A stretch of 64,000 nucleotides of DNA, from contig NC_087436.1 in assembly GCF_036321535.1 (NCBI RefSeq), forward strand, positions 58,530,001-58,594,000, written 5' to 3'. The stretch comes from Camelus dromedarius. Lineage: Eukaryota. Shown one piece after another: positions 1 through 11,276 of this stretch. Numbering within the stretch: position 1 is the first letter of the stretch; each line of letters opens with the position of its first letter. The position numbers and the translations under genes were made by a program. The notes under the pieces are model-generated. The model did no database searches and was not told where the DNA came from. It was given only the letters and a program-made list of their open reading frames with translations.

Positions 1-630
1 CATTAGATTTACCATTTACTGACAGGATTTGTACCCAACACTGAAACATACTACACAATCCCCTTTTAAATGTTCTAAAATACTATAGATAGAATTAGCA
101 AAATTAAAGGACATGATTCTCAAAGTTGGACAGCATTCCTGTGAAGCAGTTAACACTGCTGTATTATATAATTTCTAAGGCCTGTTTCAGACCATTATTT
201 TCAAATGTGAAAAATCATATCTATCATTTTGGTTTGTTGTGTTAAAGAGATAATGCCTATACACTATGAGTCATAGCTGACACACAAGAAATGTAAAATC
301 TGCTCACCTCTGAGACACTAGTAGTTCAGTGTCCTTGGACGTTACTCAGATTATAGATGTAATTCTGAACTATTTCAGCCAGTTCTTGGTTAAAGGCCCT
401 TTTACTGTTTCTACCTAATACATTTCAGCTTTAGGACAGAATTTATTTCCTGGTTAGGTTGTGACAAACCTTTCTAAGAATTCCAGGCAATTCTTTCTAT
501 TTAGAAAGATTTCACAAAGCATAGTCTCTATTAAAGGGTATGAGGACTTCCTTTGACATTACTGAAATGTGTATCTTTCTCAGAAATGAATAAAAGTTTG
601 CATTACCTTAATGCTTAGTGATTGGATTAT

Positions 631-2150
631 TCTTTTTATTCTTTTTATTAGGAATAACTGACATATTAGTTGAAGGTGTACAATATAATGAGTTGATATT
701 TGTATATATTGCAAAATGATCACAATAGTCCAATTAACTGCCATCACAACACATAACTCAAAAATGTTTTCCTTTCTATAAGTCTTCAAGATCCACTCTC
801 CTAGCTACTTTCAAATGTGAGACACAATATTATTAACTATAGTCACCATGGTGCATATCACATCTCCATGACTTACTCATTTTATTACTGGAAATTTGTA
901 CCTTTTGACCCCCTTCACTCATCTTGTCTACCCCACAACCCCTGCCTCTGGTAACCACCAATCTATTCTCTATATCCAAGAGTTAAAGTTTTGTTTTTTG
1001 GTTTTCTGATTTTTTATTCCTCATATAAGTGAGACTATACCATTTTTATCTTTCTGTCTGACTTATTTCACTTAGCATAAGGCCCTCAAAGTTCATCCAT
1101 GCTGTCAGAAATGAAAAAATCTCACTTTTTTTTATGGTTAAATGATATTCCACTGTCTCACATTTTCTTAATCCATTCATCCATAGATAGACATCTAGAT
1201 TGTTTCTGTATCTTGGCTATTGTTAACAACAACAAAAAAATAATGCAAGGAATACAAGAATGCAGATATCTCTTCTCTTAATGTTTCAAATTTCTTCAGA
1301 TAAATACTCAGAAGTAGAATTGCTGGATCATGAGGTAATTCAACTTTTAACTTTTTGAGAAAACTACATACTGTTTTTCACAGTGGATGCACCAATTTAC
1401 ATTCCCACCAACAGTGCACAATGTTCCCTTTTCTCCACATCCTCGCCATTATTTCTTGTCTTTTTGATAACTGCCATCTAACAGGTGCTACCTCATGTGG
1501 CCTTCATTTTCATTTCCCTGACAGTAATGTTGAGCATCTTTTCATGTACCTGTTGGCCATCTGTATGTCTTCTTTGGAAAAATATCTACTCAGATCCTAT
1601 GCCTATTTTATTTTTAATCAGATTGTTTGCCTTTTTCCTATTGAGTTGTATGAGTTCTTTACACATATTAACTGTTAACCCCTAACCAGATGTAATATGA
1701 TTTGAAAAAATTTCCTCCCATTCAGCAGGCTGCCTTTCCATTTTGTTAATGATTTCTTTGCTGTGCAGAAGCTTTTTAGCTCAATGTAGTCCCACTTGTT
1801 TATTTTTGCCTTCGTTGCCTTCACTTTTGGTGTCAGATCCCCAAAATCAATGACAAGACAAATATCAAGGTGCTTATCATTTATATTTTCTTCTAGATAT
1901 TTTAAGGTTTCACGTCAGAAATTCAAGTCTGTAATCCATTTTCATTTAAATTTTGTGTATGGTGGAAGATAATGGTCCAGTTTCATTCTTTTGCATGTGG
2001 CCATCCAGTTTTCTTAACACCATTTATTGAAGAGACTGTCCTTTCTCCATTTTATATTCCTGGCTCCTTTGTTGTTAATTGATTGTATATGCTTAGGTGT
2101 ATTTCTAGGCTCTCTCTTTTGTTTTATTGACCTATGTGTCTGTTTATTGA
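631..2150 (-). mobile_element. LINE-1 3' portion (ORF2 C-terminus + 3' UTR), old L1MA/L1MB-type, degraded
   Basis: T-rich tail at ~631-648 followed by recognisable antisense L1 3' UTR and ORF2 text (e.g. 'gaagtagaattgctggatca', 'accaatttacattcccaccaacagtg', 'gctgtgcagaagctttttag'). The + strand ORFs 1355-1678 and 1485-1685 are antisense-L1 translations. Confidence 0.92.
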
Positions 2151-3199
2151 CATAGTGATTGAATATTATCTTTAAAATTTAAAATTTTAATTACTTTTGG
2201 ACTAGATTTGAAGAGTTCTTTTTCCATTCAGTGTTAAAATTATAGAGAAAAATGTTTGCTTCTGATTATTTTTTAGTCATTTTGGAAGTTTTGTTTGGGA
2301 TTTTTTTCATTTTTTAGCTAATAAAGAGAGAAACTTAGTGTTCTGAGAAAATTCTTTCCCAAACTCAAGGTCCACAACCAATTATAGCTCAGAAAATCCA
2401 TATGGAGCTTTAGCAATGCTAATGGGAATCTATCTTTTTCTAGCATCTTATTTGGTTTAAAATTTTGACATCTGTTTTTATAAATTTATAAATTTTAAGC
2501 AAAATTTTAATATATCTATGACATCTGTCTGTGCTTTCAGTAAGGTCTGAAATGTACTACAACCTATAGATTCTGTGTATGTACAATGAGATCTCCTAGA
2601 CTATAAGGAAATCAGTGTCTCCTTTATTTATATAATTGCATTTCCAAAATTGTATCTTATGAAAATAATTGAGCTTTCACTATTATGAAAATAATTCTAA
2701 AAGCACTTAAGTTTTCCCTGACTAAGCCTTCTCGGGTTCACTTTATTACCTTCAAACATCTCTCACTCTTAATTGCCTTCAAAAAAAGAAAAAGTATAGG
2801 GACCTTAAACCTAGATTTAGTGCTTTCTCAAAAATATTGTATTTTTCTCCTGGTATTTTATTTTTATTTGTTTCATTTTGTTGATTTTACTGTTTGTTTA
2901 ATGTGCCTTTTTCCTATAATTTTTCTCATGATCAAATATCAACTAGATTAACCCTCCTTCTCACTGGATTGCTCCAATACAGGAAGTGGATGTTCTAAAC
3001 AAAAACAAAAAAAAACTTTTGATTTCTGCATCTCTTGTTTCTGAAAATAGAAAACAAACCAACTTGAAAAGAAAGTATTTTCAAAGGGATATGTCTCTTT
3101 GATGAGGAGTTTTCTTAATGGGTTAAGGTGTACTAATGGGTTAGTACACCTTAACAATGACTAAAGATTTTTAGTAAGTGCAGTTTCCAAAACATATTA

Positions 3200-3430
3200 G
3201 GTAGTGGGCATGGGCTTTGATCTAGGATACAGTACCAGTTCTGCCACTTTCTACCAGCTGAGTGACTTTGGAAAAGTTATTTAATTCTCTAAGTTTTCAT
3301 TTTCTTATTCAAAAACCAACTAAAAACAGCACCAATTCAGGGTGATTAATGACCAATTATATTAATTAGCCAATGATGAAAGCCTTAACATGGTAAGTAG
3401 TATATAATAAGTACTCAGTAAATGTTAAAT
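3200..3430 (+). mobile_element. MIR SINE
   Basis: MIR core 'tctgccactttctaccagctgagtgactttggaaaagttatttaattctctaag' and 3' end 'taagtactcagtaaatgtta'. Confidence 0.7.
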
Positions 3431-3979
3431 AACAACATTATTTGCATCTCCAGAACCTGACACAATGCCTATATATAATTGTATTTCAATTTGTGTTGGG
3501 CAGATGGAAGTAACTTACCCTCTTAGTTTGGATAATAGCTGACATAACATTCTTATGACACTCTCTTATGTACATACATTGTTGATAATCTAGCTTTTCT
3601 TTGGCTCAAGTTTTCATATACTCATAAGTAAGTTTGCATTTCACATCATTAATGCAATTTTAATATGACCATTCTAAATCACTCATTTCCAATGTATATT
3701 ATGCTTAAAGGGCTTCTAAAATATTACTTATTCAAGGTAAAAATTATTCAATAATTATTCAATTATTCAAGGTAAAAATCTGGCCTAGTATTATAGATGC
3801 TAACAATTTAGAGAATGGAGAATAAATTTTAAAAGTTAAACACTGGTTTAACAGAAAAATAAGTTTAACAGAAAAAAGGGACTTGAAGTTGGGAGTGAAA
3901 TATAGAAAAAAAATATAGAAGCAAAAATCTGAAAAATTCTTAAACAACAAAAAAAAAGGAGAAATTATTTTTTAGAAAA

Positions 3980-4590
3980 GGATTGATTCCATATCTTGGT
4001 TATTGTAAATAATCCTGCTATGAACACTGGGGTACATGAATATTTTTGAATTACAGTTTTCACCAGATTCATGTCCAGGAGTGGAATTGCTGGATCACAT
4101 GGTAATTCTATTTTTAGTTTTTTGAGAAACCTCCATACTGTTCTCCATAGTGGCTGTACCAACAGTCCAAAGGGGTTCTTTTTTCTCCACCCACTCTCCA
4201 GCAGTTTTTATTTGTAGACTTTAATGATGGCCATTCTGACCAGTGTGAGATGATAGTTCATTGTAGTTTTGATTTGCTTTTCTATTTTTTCATGTGCCTA
4301 TTGTCCATCTGTATGTATTCTTTGGAGAAATGCCTATTTAGGTCTTCTGCTGCCCATTTTTTTATTGGGTTGTTTGCTTTTTGTTGTTGTTCAGTTGTGT
4401 GAGCTGTTTGTATATTTTGGAAATAAGGTCCTACTGTTATAGCACAGGGAACTATATTAAATATTCTGTAATAAACTTTAAAGGAAAATATGAAAATGAA
4501 TATATAACTATAACTAAATGACTTTGCTGTACACTAGAAACTAACATTATAAGTCAACTGTACTTCAATTGAAAAAATTATTAAAAAGCA
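3980..4590. mobile_element. 5'-inverted, truncated LINE-1 (antisense ORF2 end 3980-~4425 joined to sense 3' UTR ~4422-4590)
   Basis: Minus ORF 3965-4162 ([28 protein letters not shown]...) is the L1 ORF2 C-terminus. From ~4422 the + strand reads the cetartiodactyl L1 3' UTR 'aaggtcctactgttatagcacagggaactatatt...tacttcaatt' plus an A-rich tail. Confidence 0.88.
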
Positions 4591-5949
4591 AAAGAAAGGA
4601 AAATAAATTTAAGTTCATTCAAAAATCCTTAAAGTCAATGAAAATCTAAATGATAAAGAGAATACAAAGTGTTTTATGAGGATGTCAACATTTGCCATAC
4701 AGGATCTTTCTTTTGTCTATATTGTCTATTGCCGGATAGATGTAAATTAATGAAATTTGCAATTCTGTGTGTTTATTATCACATTTATAATTCAAGAATT
4801 ATGCAAATGTGTTAGACGCTTTTCACATTAGTTGAAATCAGTAGAAAACTGAAATGATCTCTGTATTAACATCTCACAATCTCATTATTTATTCTATTGG
4901 CACCTAATTTAATACTAAGACCAAACAAAAGGACATGTCAAACAAGATTTTCAACAAATAAGATTATGCTGTCTTATAAACTGCAAATGAACATTTAATT
5001 GGATACTTCTAAAAGAGAAGATCCAATTAGAGGAATATAAACTCTTCAATGAAGACTTGGATGAAATTACAACGAAAGTACAACATTATTCACAGCCCTA
5101 GTAGTGTTTTTCTTGCTGCTGGTGAATTATAACACCCTATGTAAATAATTTTTCTAATAGGCTTGATAATACCAATGAGCAAACAAATTAAGCAATCTGG
5201 TGAAATGACACTTTATTCCAGGATTGTGGTATGTTCCTATTTTGGCATATATGTAATACCATTTATTTCAAAATGCTGTTTAAAGAAAAGTGATTGACAT
5301 TAGTTGAGTAAAGTCTTGAGTTTGCGTATTTTCTCTCTGCCTGATATTTCCCTTACCTCCCTCTCTACTCCTTTTCTGACAAATATTCCTACTTACCTTT
5401 CAAAACTGCACTGGAGAATTTATTTCTTTGAAGCACTTCCCTTAACTTCCTATGAGAATTTGACACTTCTCTCTGATTTTAAACAAACCAATCATTTTAA
5501 TATTTATGTGCTTACATTTTTGTCTCCTATGAGACTATAAGCTCCTTGAGATCAATGATCTCATCTCTTTCATTTTGGATTCCTTGGAGCCTAACACACA
5601 CTATCAAATACTGGCTATACTGAATATGATATACTGAATTTACACATTACCTTTTTTTGAGGAGTTCTGACAGTTTTTAAACTTACAAATGGTGTTAGTG
5701 GGCATTATATTGTTTTGTTATCAAAAGAAAATAGTTAATTATCCTAATTCACCTATACTAGAAAGTGGGCAGAACAACAAGTTAATTTACCTACTAAAAC
5801 TCTTCTGCCATGGAAGGCTGTAGCTTTATCTATAACATTAAAGAGAACAGTCTTTCTCTTAACTGAACTGAGATGCTCTGGAACTTTTGTTTGAATTGGG
5901 GTTAGGATAAAAGACAATATGGTAAAAAAAAAAAAAAAAAAAAGCCTTG

Positions 5950-7950
5950 TTGTTGATATGATCTTAATGTTGCTTGTATCTGATCTCAACATTTTATCTC
6001 CAACCCTAGGTTTCCACCAGTCGTCTACAGACTCCACATGTGTTCTCTTCCTAAACTGTTATTTTTTACCAGTCAGCAATCTTTCAGATGTTGTTAGCGT
6101 GGTATAGCATAGATTTTTGCACTGAAAATTCCAGGCTCCTGTTCCCAATCTGCTTGTTTTTATGCCTGTGTTAGATTTTGTGTATCCTAATGCATGTATT
6201 GGTTCTGTTAAACTGGTTTCATTGCTATTAGAACAATTAACCTGTGGCCTAAATTCCTAATACCTAGATGCCACATCGTATGTTCTCTTAATGAACATAT
6301 TACTAGTAAAGTTCAAAGTAGAGTAAATAATTTTTTGGATGGGCCACCATAGTTTGGTTGATGATTATGTTGTTTGGCACCTCATTACATGGAGATTCAG
6401 CATAATTTAATATATTGTAATGTATTGATGGCACTATTGGATTGATGTGTGTTTTGTTATAGTATCAAAATAATTGTATCCCTTTAATACAGTTATGAAT
6501 GGTCCTATATTGTTGGGCCCATAGGAAACATTAAGTACAGATTCTATCTACATTGAAGATGGGCATATAGCTACTTGTTATATTTTACTTGGTCATGCCT
6601 CATTCCTCGTTATTGCACCATTATTTTGTTCAAGAACCATTAGTCATCTCTCCAGTGACAAAACTTAACTATTTGAGTAACCTCTGTGATACTTACATGT
6701 ATGAGAAAAGCCACGTTTATATGTTTCATAAGTTAGATTTCTTGGTACCAATGGAAGAATTCCATGGTGCCAGGGAATTCAGAATATGATAGAGAATCAA
6801 TGTAGGGTTTGAAATAGCTAGGTTATAGAATTCTGTGCCAGATGTGGCAATGGTTGTCTCGTGTATAAATTACCATAACAGAGCAGGTTAGGCCATTCTG
6901 TGACATGAAGTTTAACCTCTTTGGTATTATATTCCCATGGGAACCCCTAAATAGAGATTCTCTTTGTATGAAAGTGGAGCTAGTTGTAGTTTCTTTCAGG
7001 TACTTTTCTGGTGGACTCAGTAGGGTCCATTAAATATGTCAACTGGCATGGTGGGCATCTGTGGGGTCTGTCTGGTGGTTTTATTTTCTCTGTAGTGTAC
7101 TTTGTTTCCTCTTTCTTATAATCATAACAGGCTTCTTTACAGTCTCCTACTTGTCCTATACCCATATCCATTGCCACATGGCCAGATGATATAGTCCTTT
7201 AGATGAGGCCTCCAAGTACTAATTACATGACCTATGTGTTTCACGTTGTGGCTCTATATGTGTCATTAGAATTGTCATCTTTTGTCCTACCAGTTGGTAA
7301 AATCAACAAGCATCCTTCAAGGGTGAAGCATTGCTGCATTTCTATAAGTGCACTTTTTGGGTCTGTGTATAGAGAGAACATATAATCTCTCATTTTTTGA
7401 TATTTAGAGTATCTGAATTAGCCCCACCAGTATAGTATTTGGGAGGGAAGTGGATGATGTCACAAGTGTTGGAGTCATATCCTGACCAGAGAATGGTATT
7501 CCAGTTTGGAGAGACTGCACAACTGCAGTTGTTGGTGCTATCTGTGGAGAATCCATAGCTGCAATGAGTCTGGTATCCAGTAGTATATAACAGGCAAAAT
7601 AGTGTGGCCGGTAGGCAGCATGCTGCACCACCCATTCAGCAGTATTTATAGGGTTCAAAATGCATAGTGGGCCTATTCCTGCAAAATAGTGTCCTATACA
7701 TTTCTAATTCTTTCTAGTTGTTCTTGCTCCTGAAGGAAATCCATTACAGCCATTACTGTCAATGGAGCCCCAAGCCTAATTTCCCTGCACCACGCTAGGC
7801 TAAATATTAGGCATCTAGTAATGATGCCATATGAAAATGTGTCCAGCTATCATATATAGAGTAAACATCCATATTTTTAGTACCTACAACCAATGTTGAT
7901 ACAATAGAAGATGGTGTTTTATATACTTGAAAATTTTATAGAGACGTCAG
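5950..7950 (-). pseudogene. env: env-like gene, SU N-terminal/central part (inverted segment), many stops and frameshifts
   Basis: Lies directly downstream of IN. Cys/Trp/Pro-rich frames (WGSIDSNGCNGFPSG..KCIGHYFAGIGPLC; GGAACCLPATLFCLL..NNCSCAVSPNW; GDCKEACYDY..PHRCPPCQL) with N-glycosylation sequons (NCS, NVS, NFT, NET). The frame continues into the + segment through the duplicated junction. The start position is approximate. Confidence 0.7.
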
Positions 7951-7999
7951 ATTATTTTCTTTAATTTGATGTATTAAGCTTTTTCCTTTAGTCAGTAGT

Positions 8000-8447
8000 A
8001 GGTTTTATTATATATAAATATATGTTTATATCATTATGTTTTTTGATTAATACCTTTCCTTTTAATTTAGATTCTGGGGTTTTCTTAGTGCTAATTCTTA
8101 TTCCTGTGGGTGCTTATGATATTAATTGATTCGTAGGAGATATTTCATCCCTTCTGTACCTGCTGTTTACAGACCTTGCTGCCTCCCAGATTGCTTTCAT
8201 ACCTAGACTGTTAGTAAGCAACCTAATGTTTTGCTTGAGTAAGTCATTATACCTTTTAGTTGATTCAGAGGCAGTTGAGTTGTAGGTTAAATAGAAGTTC
8301 CAAATTATGCTGGGTCTTCTATTTTAATCTTGCATTATTTTTCCTGTGAAGTGGCTTCCCTGGTCTGATTCTGTGATGATGGGGATATTGTAGCAAGCCA
8401 CACAGATTTCCAGTACTCTAATTGGTAATTTTTTGATCACTTTCCTG
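8000..8447 (-). pseudogene. pol: Retroviral integrase catalytic-core fragment, class III type
   Basis: One frame reads CYNIPIITESDQGSHFTGKIMQD*NRRPSIIWNFYLTYNSTASESTKRYNDLLKQNIR, matching the class III pattern YGxPxxIESDQGTHFTG..QQW....I.W.FHLPYNP.AAG.IERxNGLLK. Confidence 0.9.
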
Positions 8448-8516
8448 CCATGATATAATAATCCTATTTGTGACCAATGGCAACTTACAAGATTTATCTT
8501 AAGAAACACAATAACT

Positions 8517-10392
8517 TACAAGCAACATTAAGATCACATCAACAAGAATTTACAATTTGGACTTCTAGGTATCTTACTGCAGCCAAGGGCAATGATGATG
8601 GTTTAGGGATAGAAATAGTCACTATACACCCTCACGATGATTCATGGACTACTATATCATTGAACATTCATAGACCCGCATTAGATTATCTACAATACCC
8701 ACAGCTTACACTATATAACCCATATTCACCCATTTAAAAGTTAACTGTATAACCATGGACACTATATCCTGACTTCAAGAAACAGAAAAAACATGTAAAG
8801 TAGCTAGAGAACACATTGGAAACCTAAAATATAATACTTATTATTAACCATGGTGCTATACCATGGGCTTCTATCTCATCCCTACTTCTCTGACTCCCCA
8901 AATATGGGAACCTATTGTTCATTAAACCTCTTACTGTTAGAGCCCAGTACAGTAGCATATACTCTTAAAATTCAACACACAGGATTTAGAAGCCAAATAT
9001 AGATCTTCTAATTGTGCTCAATTTTATCTATCCAATTTTATGCCTAACTTATAAAATATGCCAAAGACTGATTCATTAAAAGTAAGAAAATCCCTACAGT
9101 TTCTTGCTGAACTTATGGGGCGAATACTTGGAGGCACAATGGCAGCAGACTTTTCACAAATTCAAATTGACCAAATCACTTTGGACTTTAAAAAAAATAA
9201 TAAACAATCACAATTTAATATGCATGCGATGGCAGCTTTATTACGATTGGGCACACAGATGAGTATGATTAGCAGTGCCCTGCAAAACATAAATGATTTT
9301 CAAGCAGAAACAGGGCACTGGATGTTCTGAAGAAAGCATTTGAGAATAATTGCAAAAACAATGAAATTCTAAGAAACAATATAAAAGATGTTTGAAGATT
9401 GACTGTCAAATATTACAATTGAGGTTGGAAGGTATGTAGAATATACTTGAAGCAACAATAATCTCTAGACAAAATTGGACACCTGAAATTGCAGATAATC
9501 CAACTAGGACTAGAGTAGATAGCGCACAACCTAAAGGCTGAGATTCCTTGGGGAACAGTGAAATTAGAATTATTAGCACGTAAAGGAGGAAACACGACAC
9601 TGAGTTACCACACTTCTGTGGTTCCCCAATATCAAATGAGAGAGTAGAAACTACAGGCCATAAAAAGCCTCCTTACAATATAAGGAAAACGTGTTTCTAA
9701 GGATATGTTGGTGAAATAAAACCAAAATACCTTTATCACTACTAGTCATTTGGATATGCTTATGATACCAGTACCCGCGACTACTTTATATATACAGTAT
9801 GGAAAACTGGAACATGATAGAATCCTCTAAGCCAAAACTAACCCTAACCTATTGGAGTCAAGGATGAAATAAGGAACACAACATAACGGGATTTGTAAAA
9901 ATAGAAGAGATAATGAATGTGATAATAGAAGGAAAAAGATATTATCTGAGGTCAATAGAAGATAGAGCAACCATTAAAATAACCAGAGAAATATTTCACT
10001 TTGAGGCTCCTAAAAGTAATAAATGTAAACTATTAGAAAAATTAAGACAAGTAAAAGAACATCTGGAAGATGAGAATAATTAAGTAAAAAACAACTTTGA
10101 AAGAACTGGAAAGAGAACAAAAACATGCATTCCGTAAAATAATGATGTCATGGCACCTGAACATGTTTGTGCTTGATAGTGCTTAAGCCTGAACTCCCTG
10201 AAGCTTCATGAAAATGACTTTTCCATGGAAACGCAATTGTCAAGTAAGCTTACAAGGTTTAAGAAACTTAATTTTTGGTTTTTTGGTGATTGGATCCAAT
10301 ACCATATTAAGGAAATCTCTGTTATGCTTTTGCCAATAATATAATGAATTTATTTAACAAAGCCTGCAGTAACAAAAATAAGGGAATTAAAT
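8517..10392 (+). pseudogene. env: env-like gene, SU C-terminus + TM subunit (direct segment), degraded
   Basis: Basic cleavage-like site KVRK (9079-9090); apolar/Gly fusion-peptide-like SLQFLAELMGRILGGTMAA; helical heptad-like region; late coiled-coil-like LLEKLRQVKEHLEDENN; Trp-rich NFWFFGDWIQ (~10270-10300); hydrophobic ISVMLLPII**IYL anchor. Position is immediately upstream of the PPT/LTR. Confidence 0.78.
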
Positions 10393-10512
10393 TAAAGGAA
10401 AATTAGATTGTAAATAATGTAGAATCATGGTGAATTGATACTTTGTGAACTTAAATGTGTACAGGGCATTAGGCCCTTCAGATTAATAAGTGTATAAATT
10501 ATCTGAAATCAC

Positions 10513-10520
10513 AGGGTGGA
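10513..10520 (+). promoter_or_regulatory. Polypurine tract of the class III ERV
   Basis: 'agggtgga' + t + TG, matching the ERV-L/ERV-S type PPT-LTR junction (…GGGGTGGAC-TGT). Confidence 0.8.
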
Positions 10521-10521
10521 T

Positions 10522-11275
10522 TGTTATGTATTTGTTTGTTACCATTTCAAATCCACTTGTTTATGGCTTAAGTGAGGTTGTTTTGATCTAAGGGTGAATT
10601 TTGTCTGCCTTGGAGAGGCCCTGTCAGGATGACATTAGCAAAACTGTTGTGCTACTGAACGCTTATCAATAGGAACACATGGAGGAGCAACTATGATTTA
10701 ATGGACATCATAATTTTAAGTCCTAAATACTAAGAATTTCTGAGGATTTACTGAGAGTGTTCAGTCTGGGCATGGCTACTCTTTGCTGATCTAAACGGCT
10801 CTCCAAAGACATCAGAACAATAGCTCCTGCCCTGGCAAGGCTACTCTTTGCTGGCAGTGGTGAACGCTGTGCCGTGGCCCCTGAAGGAGATCATCTAGCC
10901 CACCAACCCTGGCACCTTCTTTGTACTAGCATCGTGCTCTAGCAACATGGGACTTTCTGTTTACGCTGGCAGCTGGAAATCAGCTCTTGTTGGCTCAGCC
11001 AACTCTCCTGAGAACAAACTCATAGAAAGGTACACCTCAACTAAATTTGGACTTTATATCTTTCAATCTCTCCTTTTCCTGGAACAATAGTGTGATTAAT
11101 CTATCATTGGGTTGGGGTATGTTATTTCTTTATTGACTTATTAAGAGTCATTATCCTGTATGCTATTAGCTTGTGAAATACTGTTATAAACAATAATTCC
11201 CACTGTGAACCTGTGTTAAATAAACTACTGGCAATGACAACCTCAGTCTCTGAGCATAATTTGCCAACCAAAACA
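10522..11275 (+). mobile_element. 3' LTR (~750 bp) of the class III ERV
   Basis: Starts TGTTATG directly after the PPT; composition shifts away from the A-rich env; internal 20-bp direct repeat; AATAAA at 11219-11224; ends ...aaaaCA at ~11275. The family is not assigned (layout recalls the MER74/LTR53/MER54 group, unverified). Confidence 0.8.
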
Positions 11276-11276
11276 A

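Larger units (their letters stand above)
5947..11275. mobile_element. Rearranged class III (ERV-S/ERV-L-related) endogenous retrovirus relic: inverted IN + env 5' part, direct env 3' part, PPT, 3' LTR
   Basis: Integrase motifs on minus (8000-8447); Cys-rich env-like frames on minus (5950-7950) and plus (8517-10392); PPT 'agggtgga' then TG at 10522; AATAAA at 11219; a 29-bp inverted duplication links the two halves. Confidence 0.88.

Noticed and set aside
3729..3779. Local 16-bp duplication tattcaaggtaaaaat
   Set aside because: Ordinary slippage-type duplication with no further structure.
5004..5102. Protein-looking frame ILLKEKIQLEEYKLFNEDLDEITTKVQHYSQP
   Set aside because: Short, no convincing splice sites, no recognisable homology.
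5947..11275. Calling the relic a true endogenous foamy virus
   Set aside because: The IN motifs and the PPT (agggtgga) are ERV-S/ERV-L-like, and there is no room for bel/tas genes between env and the LTR; only the env proportions are spuma-like.
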